Positions 56,897-64,000 of a DNA stretch of 64,000 bases are shown piece by piece. Numbering within the stretch: position 1 is the stretch's first letter; each line of letters starts with the position of its first letter. Below the pieces are notes generated by a model that ran no database searches, was not told where the DNA came from, and worked only from the letters and a program-made list of their open reading frames with translations. Origin of the DNA: an uncultured Gammaproteobacteria bacterium (lineage in GTDB: Bacteria; Patescibacteriota; Microgenomatia; UBA10105; UBA927); contig CAYUKU010000001.1 of NCBI GenBank assembly GCA_964445435.1, forward strand, positions 44,384 to 108,383. Direction: 5' to 3'. Position numbers and translations under genes: made by a program.

Positions 56897-59379
56897 TGTT
56901 TGTTTACTTTATTACTTATGATTTTTTGCACCAATCGTAAATCCTCGTCGTTATAAAGCCTAAATCTCACAGATTGATACTGGTTATCTCGTACCAATAC
57001 TGAATCTGGATGTGACAACCCATTTTTTAATTGTTCTACTATTTCGGGGGTAGATGAGCCGAGTTCGCCATATACCCAATGATTTGCGTAATAGTAAAAC
57101 AACAACAATTCTTCACCCCGTTTAATACTGTGATACGAACCAGCTCCACCTTTTGAAATGTACACATCGCCGTCAGGGAACTCTTCATCAACCCACTGAG
57201 GAATAGACGTAACAGCTTTTTTGACAAATTCGTCTTTCACTCTGGCAATTGTTTCATCTTCTGTTTCTGGTGGTTTAGTTACGCTTACCTTAACCTCCTC
57301 CTCGTTATCGTCATCACCCTTTACGCCCCGCAACACCTGGGCAAACCATTCAATCGCCGCTTCCGCTTCTCGTTGCAATACAAAGTTAATTTCTTTGATG
57401 TGTTTAACCGCATTACGGAAATCTTTTAGAGTTATAAATCGTTTCTCTGTTTCGTACTTAGAGCCAAAGAATATTTCGAAGTGTTCCCAGTTTTTGAGAA
57501 TGATATTGGAATAATCCATGACGTCGCATTGACACAAACGATCATATGCATCCAGTTTCTCCTCAACAACATAGGGGTTCTTACGCAGGTATTCTGCTAG
57601 TTTTACTTTTACTTTCCCTTGAATATCTCCTGGCACTACCTGATTCCAATAATCTTTGCCAATTTTTTCGGACAATTGACTATTGATAAGTAAACGCAGT
57701 TTTAATTCAATGTCGTCTAAAGCTTTATTTGCATTTACGCCAAGGATCTGGATAATCTTTGATCCCGTTAGTCTTTCAAACTCTCGCTTGATAGCTTCTG
57801 CACGCTCTTTGATAAACAATTTATAGTTATCTTCTTTAATGGCATCACCGTAGTTGATTAAATGCGTTTCCAGTGTGTCATTAAATTCAGGATTTTCATT
57901 TTGATAATGGGCGAAATAATCGCTAGGTTTTTGATCTAATATTTCCTTATTCAATTCAGCAGGGATAAAGCAAAAGTTGGCTATTAAATTTTCCCCACCA
58001 ATCCTGTTTTTTGAGAGAAAACGCCTCGGGAAGATATGATGTTTTTCTGGACTATTAAAGCTTGAGTAGAAATGTCGATCCATTGGAATAAGTCCATTGG
58101 TTTTGAAATGCCTTGGGTTTCTACGGGCCAACATACAGAAGATAGCATTTCTAAGCGCAGATTTTGTACCAATTGTGGCAGTGGCAATCTTTTCCTCATC
58201 CGCCGTAATAGCAAAGTTTATCTTCACATCTTTGCCATTTAGGAGCTTATCGAATATTTCCCGACGATCTTCTCCCATCTTGCTTTCCATAGCTGCTGTG
58301 TATCGCTCGCTTAAAGATGATTTCCAAAACCACTCATGTACCACATCTGTCATCTCTTTACTTAATGCCCGCCCATCCGTCTTGAAATACAGATAGGCCA
58401 ATAGCGGAATGAATGACGGGTATGGAGTAAATTCAAAGATTTTAACCCCTAGATTGGCCGACAAATGCTCAACCGCCAACTCAATCGCATTAGCAATCTC
58501 ATTCCAATTCTCCTTTATTTCCTCTTTTTTTAGCTGTAATTGATATATCTTGCTACAAAACCCTTTGAGAATGAGCGAAATGGCGTGTGTAACTACTTCT
58601 GGGCTAATATCTCCAAAACCTTTCGATGCAATCCTTTCCCGCAATTGGTTGTAATTCTCCTTTAGATCAAAATCTTCACCCCATGTACTAGCTACCACCA
58701 AATCGAACAACGACAATTTCTTACCACCCTGGTTGATGCGTTCAAATATGACGCTAGCATTGTTGAGTTCGACGTTATAGACAGTTACCACACTAAGGGG
58801 GTAAGTGGTGAATATCCGATGACACTCCATGAACACTTCCTGCCGTTCGGGTGACAGTTTGCGAAACATCTGCATGTGATCTTCACCCAAGACTTTGTAT
58901 AGAGGAATATATCTATCGCTTTCCCGCTTCACCTCAAAGACTGATTGGTTGCCATTATCATCAGGCTCTTTTTTGTAGTAATCCAAGTCTAAGCAGATTT
59001 GCGAACAGTCAACCAATTTTGTTTTATTGCCATCCTTAAACTCAACCCGAACACCATGCCAGGCGGCATAGAGTGAACAAATACGTTGTTGGCCGTCTAG
59101 GATGAATTTCAATTTTTCATCCTCTCTTGGTTTAGGTGGTGTTATTCCAAGTTCAGGTAGATCCCGATAAAACAGATTGTATTTGCCCGTTGTTTCCCAA
59201 AGAAAAAAACTACCAATCGGATACTCTTTGTAAATGCTATCCAACAAGGCCACAATTTTGCTTCGTTCCCACACAAAGTCCCGTTGAAATCGGGGAACAC
59301 GAAGAGTTCCTTCTTTTAGGTAAGTAAGTAGGGAAATGATTTGTTTGTTTCCCTCTGATTCAATTTTTGGTAGCTTCAT
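56893..59379 (-). CDS. GmrSD-like DUF262 + HNH protein fused to a Swt1-like HEPN domain
   Basis: PRFQRDFVW, YPIGSFFLW, LDGQQR, FERINQGG (DUF262); EKHHIFP..N.IANF..N (HNH); IELKLR..W..FRNAVKH (HEPN RxxxxH). Confidence 0.85.
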   Translation of the reverse strand: MKLPKIESEGNKQIISLLTYLKEGTLRVPRFQRDFVWERSKIVALLDSIYKEYPIGSFFLWETTGKYNLFYRDLPELGITPPKPREDEKLKFILDGQQRICSLYAAWHGVRVEFKDGNKTKLVDCSQICLDLDYYKKEPDDNGNQSVFEVKRESDRYIPLYKVLGEDHMQMFRKLSPERQEVFMECHRIFTTYPLSVVTVYNVELNNASVIFERINQGGKKLSLFDLVVASTWGEDFDLKENYNQLRERIASKGFGDISPEVVTHAISLILKGFCSKIYQLQLKKEEIKENWNEIANAIELAVEHLSANLGVKIFEFTPYPSFIPLLAYLYFKTDGRALSKEMTDVVHEWFWKSSLSERYTAAMESKMGEDRREIFDKLLNGKDVKINFAITADEEKIATATIGTKSALRNAIFCMLARRNPRHFKTNGLIPMDRHFYSSFNSPEKHHIFPRRFLSKNRIGGENLIANFCFIPAELNKEILDQKPSDYFAHYQNENPEFNDTLETHLINYGDAIKEDNYKLFIKERAEAIKREFERLTGSKIIQILGVNANKALDDIELKLRLLINSQLSEKIGKDYWNQVVPGDIQGKVKVKLAEYLRKNPYVVEEKLDAYDRLCQCDVMDYSNIILKNWEHFEIFFGSKYETEKRFITLKDFRNAVKHIKEINFVLQREAEAAIEWFAQVLRGVKGDDDNEEEVKVSVTKPPETEDETIARVKDEFVKKAVTSIPQWVDEEFPDGDVYISKGGAGSYHSIKRGEELLLFYYYANHWVYGELGSSTPEIVEQLKNGLSHPDSVLVRDNQYQSVRFRLYNDEDLRLVQKIISNKVNKQ

Positions 59380-59382
59380 AAT

Positions 59383-62300
59383 TTATTTTTCTCCCGTCCA
59401 ATCTTTTGCTAATAACTCCGCCTGTTCCAATACAATCTTGGTAGCTCCATCCTGTTTGTCTGGCGGGTAGTTATATTTCTTGAGCAACCGCTTGATATAA
59501 ACCCGTAATTTAGCTTGAATGCTTTCCTTGATCGTCCAGTCGATAGTGGTATTTTTACGGAGCATATCCACCAGCTCCCGAGCCATTGCCTTAAGGGTTT
59601 CATCACCTAGTTCTCTAATTGCGCTTTCGTTATTAGAGAGTGCGTCATAAAATGCCACTTCTTCCTCGGTTAATCCCATGCCCTTGCCTTTGTCTTTTTC
59701 GTCTTTGATCTTCTTGGCTAGTTCTAGAAGTTCTGCGATTACCTGCGCCGCTTCAATCGTCCTGTTCTGGTACTTACGAATTGTTTCCGCGAGCATTGAG
59801 GCAAATGAACGAGATTTAACCAGATTTGTTCTGGCAAAAGTTCGGAGTTCATCGTTTAAGAGTCTTTTCAGAAGTTCCAAAGCTACGTTTTTGTGCTTCA
59901 TATTTTTCACTTCTTCCAAAAACTCCTCGGAAAATATCGAAATGTCAGGAGTCTTGATCCCAGCTGCAGAATAGATATCTATCACCGCGTCCGATGTCAC
60001 CGCCGAAGATACTATCTGTTTAATCGCTACGTCATACTCTTCATCAGTTGGCCCTCCGGAACGTGCTTCCATTTTCAGAATCGCGCCCCGTACAATCTGG
60101 AAAAATCCTACTTCATCTCTAATCTCAATTGCTTTCTCATGGGGAACGGCTAGTGAAAATGCCTTCGATAATTCTGATACCGCCGCAAGATACCGTTTTT
60201 TGCCATCAGGAAGCCCCAAGATAAAATCAGTTGCGCCAGAAATTGTTTGCGTGCGTAAAGAGGCAGCAGAGCTAAAGTAGTTTTGGTAGCCAAACCCGTG
60301 ATACATTCCCCGAACCACTTCGTATTTTTCGAGCATTACCGATACCGCCTCGTCTTGAGGAATAGCTGTTTCCTGTCTATCGGATTCCGAATAATAAGAT
60401 AGAGCCTCCTTTAATTCAGGCGCAATGCCGATGTAGTCAACGATAAGTCCGCCTTGTTTGTCCTTATAGACACGATTGACGCGAGCAATAGCTTGCATCA
60501 AACCATGCCCCTGCATGGGTTTGTCTATGTACATCGTATGCAAGGACGGCACGTCAAAACCCGTCAGCCACATATCCCGCACAATAACTAGTTTCAGGGA
60601 ATCGTCGGGATCTTTCATTCGTCTAGCCATTTCATCTAATGCATGTTTGGCCCGAATGTGGGGTTGATACTCCTCTGGATCAGCCGCCGATCCTGTCATC
60701 ACAACTTTCAAAAATCCTTTGTTGTCATCTCCCTCATGCCAGTTTGGCCGAAGTTTTATGATTGCGTTGTATAGTTCCACCGCAATCCTACGGCTCATCG
60801 CCACGATCATGCCTTTGCCATCAATGGCAGAGAGTCTATTTTCAAAATGATCCACCACGTCACGGGCAATAAGAGCAATGCGTTTTTCCGATCCCACCAT
60901 TGCCTCGAGCCTTGCCCACTTACTCTTCAATTTTTCCTTGCGCTCAACTTCTTCACCCTCGGTTAGTTCTTCAAATTCGGGATCAATCTTGGGCTGTTCT
61001 TCTTTCTTTAGTTCAATACGGGCTAGTCTGGCCTCGTAGTAGATCGGTACTGTGGCATGATCTTCAACCGCACGGGTAACATCGTATACATCGACATATT
61101 CACCAAATACCGCCCGTGTGTTTCGATCTGTCAGCTCGACAGGAGTGCCAGTAAAACCGATAAAGGAGGCATTGGGGAGAGCAGAGCGCATGTGTTTGGC
61201 AAAGCCATGAATAAATTCATACTGGCTCCGATGGGCTTCGTCGGCAATAACCACAATGTTTTTTCGATCAGACAGCATCGGATATTCCGTGTGTCCATTT
61301 TGAGGTAAGAATTTTTGAATAGTCGTAAATATCACCCCACCCGATGCCACCCGTAACAACTCTTGTAACTCTTCTCGGTTCTCTGCCTGTTTAGGAGTTT
61401 GCCGTAAGAGTTCATGACAACGAGAAAAGATGCCAAACAGTTGGTTGTCCAAGTCGTTGCGATCGGTTAAGACGACGAGAGTCGGGTTGTTGAGAGTTTG
61501 GATGATTTTACCCGCATAAAACGTCATGGTTAGGCTCTTTCCCGATCCTTGCGTATGCCAAACTACACCCGCTCGTCTGTCTCCCTCTTCCTGTGTCGCC
61601 TTAATCGTGCTTTCAATGGCCTTATTGGTAGCAAAATATTGGTGATACGCTGCCGCTTTTTTGATAGTATGCTCGCCATCGGTTTCAAAAACAATGAAGT
61701 TGGCGAGTAAGTCCAAGAGTCGGGTTTTATCAAAAATACCTTTTAAGAGTACCTCTAGCTGGGGTAGTGCATTGGAGGCTAGCTCTTTCCCATCTACAGT
61801 TCGCCAACGGGTAAACCATTCCAGGTTGGCCGAAAGCGTCCCCATGCGGGCCTCAATTCCGTCACTAATGATGGAAAGTTCGTTATAGGCAAACAGAGTG
61901 GGAATATCCCGTTTGTAGGTTTGGATTTGGTTAAAGGCATTTTTAACTGTGGCTTTTTCATCTCCTGGGTTTTTTAGTTCGATAACAACTACAGGTAACC
62001 CATTCACAAACACCACCACATCGGGCCGACGATTCACATTGTTTTCAATAATGGTGTATTGGTTAACAGCCAAAAAGTCGTTATTTGCAACGTCGCCAAA
62101 GTACACCAATCGTACTTTATCACCAGCTACAGTTCCATCAGAGCGCATATATTCCACATCCACACCATCCCGCAGATAGGAATGAAAGATTTTGTTATTG
62201 ATGATCAGATTCGGGGTAGTGTGGGCCACCTGCACCACTTTCTTAAACGCCTCTTCTTTAGCATCTTGGGGAATATTGGGATTTAGTTTTTCAATAGCCG

Positions 62301-62463
62301 TAAGCAATCTGTCCTCAAGTACCACGTCGCCATAACTAGCCCGTTCGGGATGTTCGCCATCGGGAGGTGGGGCAATCTCTGGGCCACCAATAACCGAATA
62401 ACCCAACCCCTCGAGCCATTCAAGTGTTGCTAGTTCTAGATCTGTTTCTGTGTATTTAGTCAT
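59383..62463 (-). CDS. hsdR: Type I restriction endonuclease subunit R
   Basis: [56 protein letters not shown]. Confidence 0.97.
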   Translation of the reverse strand: MTKYTETDLELATLEWLEGLGYSVIGGPEIAPPPDGEHPERASYGDVVLEDRLLTAIEKLNPNIPQDAKEEAFKKVVQVAHTTPNLIINNKIFHSYLRDGVDVEYMRSDGTVAGDKVRLVYFGDVANNDFLAVNQYTIIENNVNRRPDVVVFVNGLPVVVIELKNPGDEKATVKNAFNQIQTYKRDIPTLFAYNELSIISDGIEARMGTLSANLEWFTRWRTVDGKELASNALPQLEVLLKGIFDKTRLLDLLANFIVFETDGEHTIKKAAAYHQYFATNKAIESTIKATQEEGDRRAGVVWHTQGSGKSLTMTFYAGKIIQTLNNPTLVVLTDRNDLDNQLFGIFSRCHELLRQTPKQAENREELQELLRVASGGVIFTTIQKFLPQNGHTEYPMLSDRKNIVVIADEAHRSQYEFIHGFAKHMRSALPNASFIGFTGTPVELTDRNTRAVFGEYVDVYDVTRAVEDHATVPIYYEARLARIELKKEEQPKIDPEFEELTEGEEVERKEKLKSKWARLEAMVGSEKRIALIARDVVDHFENRLSAIDGKGMIVAMSRRIAVELYNAIIKLRPNWHEGDDNKGFLKVVMTGSAADPEEYQPHIRAKHALDEMARRMKDPDDSLKLVIVRDMWLTGFDVPSLHTMYIDKPMQGHGLMQAIARVNRVYKDKQGGLIVDYIGIAPELKEALSYYSESDRQETAIPQDEAVSVMLEKYEVVRGMYHGFGYQNYFSSAASLRTQTISGATDFILGLPDGKKRYLAAVSELSKAFSLAVPHEKAIEIRDEVGFFQIVRGAILKMEARSGGPTDEEYDVAIKQIVSSAVTSDAVIDIYSAAGIKTPDISIFSEEFLEEVKNMKHKNVALELLKRLLNDELRTFARTNLVKSRSFASMLAETIRKYQNRTIEAAQVIAELLELAKKIKDEKDKGKGMGLTEEEVAFYDALSNNESAIRELGDETLKAMARELVDMLRKNTTIDWTIKESIQAKLRVYIKRLLKKYNYPPDKQDGATKIVLEQAELLAKDWTGEK

Positions 62464-62468
62464 ATTTA

Positions 62469-63623
62469 TTAAAATGATATTTTGTCATCATCCAATTCCA
62501 CTTCAAAGGAAGTTACAACTTTTGTATCGGCAGGTTGTACCTCTTCTGTAGAATTGTTAACGATAAATTTTGCCCTTTCAAATAATTCATCAAATGTAAT
62601 AATTTCAGGGTTAGATAAATTTCTCCTGTATAACTCAAAAGTCTTTTTCTTAGAATTGGAGTCCAACTGATTACAATGGCCGATTACCAATAATCCTTTT
62701 GGGCTGCATGTGGTAATACCGCCTAATTCTTCTCTGTTTTCGTCTGTTCTTGAACCCTCAGTTTCCCATTTATTTGCGTTAACTTGGAGCTGTGATACAC
62801 CACCAACTAATTCTTTTCCAATCTCCCATGCTCCATTTCTATATTCATCATTCCCGAGTAATGCAGTACTTGGTTTTTTGATTTCTACTAATACTGTAAA
62901 TCTGCCATCAGCGGCTGTATCCATCAGATAATCTCCACGTTGATTTCCTGAACCAAATACATTGCCTCCACCGTACTGAGGCTGGGATGTTATCAAATGA
63001 AGATATTGGTATTTCAACCCTAATCCGAAAATCCACTCATTGTTCTTGAAGAAATTTTGCCAATAGGCCTCGTCCTTATCTTCTGTTAATGAATTTTCAA
63101 ATTCTCTTAAGGCTGTTCCCCGTTCAGTTTGCACCCGAGAATATGCAAGCCGTGTGGCCAAGTGTGGCTCCTTTTGTACTAACTGTTCCCAAACCTCATT
63201 TCCGTAATCCTGCTCCAATAACTTGGTAACGAAACTCTTTCTCTTTTCATCAACCCTGATAATTTCGTCCTCCTTGGCCACGACATAGCTCTGTTCTAAC
63301 CAGGGTAATTCTTGCTTTGAAATGCGATATAGATTTACGAGTGCTTCAAACAAATTTTTTAATGCCAAGCTTTTAAGCTCAAATTTAATTCCCTCGTCTT
63401 TTTTTAATTCGTTGAGTTTTACCGAAGATAAATCTTGCCATTCATCATGCGCCCCTTTTCTTTGCACGATAATATACCCCTTAAGTGTGGCCTTAGGATC
63501 TTTCGGGTTGTCTTTAATGACAACTCCTCGAAAGACTTTTCTAAAGGTACCGCTTTCTTCAATAACAACATCGTCTGTTTTTGCAACATTGCTCGACACT
63601 CTGGTTAATTGATATTGCTGCAT
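62469..63623 (-). CDS. Shedu-like anti-phage nuclease (DUF4263)
   Basis: [60 protein letters not shown]. Confidence 0.85.
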   Translation of the reverse strand: MQQYQLTRVSSNVAKTDDVVIEESGTFRKVFRGVVIKDNPKDPKATLKGYIIVQRKGAHDEWQDLSSVKLNELKKDEGIKFELKSLALKNLFEALVNLYRISKQELPWLEQSYVVAKEDEIIRVDEKRKSFVTKLLEQDYGNEVWEQLVQKEPHLATRLAYSRVQTERGTALREFENSLTEDKDEAYWQNFFKNNEWIFGLGLKYQYLHLITSQPQYGGGNVFGSGNQRGDYLMDTAADGRFTVLVEIKKPSTALLGNDEYRNGAWEIGKELVGGVSQLQVNANKWETEGSRTDENREELGGITTCSPKGLLVIGHCNQLDSNSKKKTFELYRRNLSNPEIITFDELFERAKFIVNNSTEEVQPADTKVVTSFEVELDDDKISF

Positions 63624-63624
63624 A

Positions 63625-64000
63625 CTAATTTTTCACTCTTAATTTCCCACTCATTAATCTTGGTAATAGAGAATCTCGCAGTGCGCCCAATTGTTCGTTC
63701 TCATCCATTTTTGCATTGATTTCTTGATATATGGCTCCGCATATCTGATTAAATCGATCTAGAATATCCTTACTCGGTGACAATACTGACATTTGTTTTA
63801 GATGTGTTGGCCCAAAATTTGCTTGCACACTACCTGCTGATAATCGTATTTGTTCACTTAAAAATTCTTCAGATTGTAAATACTGATACATAAAGGGATA
63901 ACTTACATTATCTTGGGGCCTAAATCGAATAACGCTCGTATTAAGTAAAAGTGGTAGATGTGATTTGCGCACAATTGCATTTTTACCTAAAGTTCCCGAT
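63625..64000 (-). CDS. hsdS: Type I restriction-modification specificity subunit S (3' part, runs off the window)
   Basis: SGTLGK, GSVQANF, and C-terminal LGALRDSLLPRLMSGKLRV conserved region. Confidence 0.92.
   Translation of the reverse strand, partial: SGTLGKNAIVRKSHLPLLLNTSVIRFRPQDNVSYPFMYQYLQSEEFLSEQIRLSAGSVQANFGPTHLKQMSVLSPSKDILDRFNQICGAIYQEINAKMDENEQLGALRDSLLPRLMSGKLRVKN

Noticed and set aside
1-64000. CRISPR array, rRNA, IS elements, DGR or retron
   Set aside because: No regularly spaced repeats, rRNA-like sequence, transposase or reverse transcriptase motifs found by eye; intergenic gaps are mostly too short

Overview
Chromosomal segment of a streamlined bacterium. Gene content (DUF5667-like protein, stand-alone VirD4/TraD-like ATPase, type-1 IDI, tandem class A PBPs, salvage-only nucleotide genes, many leaderless genes) suggests a CPR/Patescibacteria organism, probably Microgenomates-like. 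This is inference; genetic code 11 is used. About 1-47 kb is dense housekeeping DNA: tsaD, idi, nrdR-nrdJ-pduO, a purine-salvage operon with guaA, gapN, sodA, two PBP1A genes, uppP, queA and typA. About 47-56 kb is a decaying accessory stress cluster (VOC, DUF1801, YdeI, TspO) with several pseudogenes. About 56-64 kb is an AT-richer defence operon: type I R-M hsdS/hsdR with a Shedu-like DUF4263 nuclease between them, followed by a DUF262-HNH-HEPN fusion and a PD-(D/E)XK nuclease. The most notable non-coding signals, none in the ORF track, are: (1) a compact, variant cobalamin riboswitch plus terminator between pduO and an uncharacterised four-gene run (acidic 662-aa protein, Pro-rich protein, VirD4-like ATPase, ATP-grasp ligase); (2) a tRNA-Ile with a UAU anticodon and a non-canonical T-loop, butted against idi and flanked by a frameshifted HTH-LAGLIDADG-like gene; (3) pervasive leaderless promoters. 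No CRISPR array, rRNA, integrase or transposase was seen.
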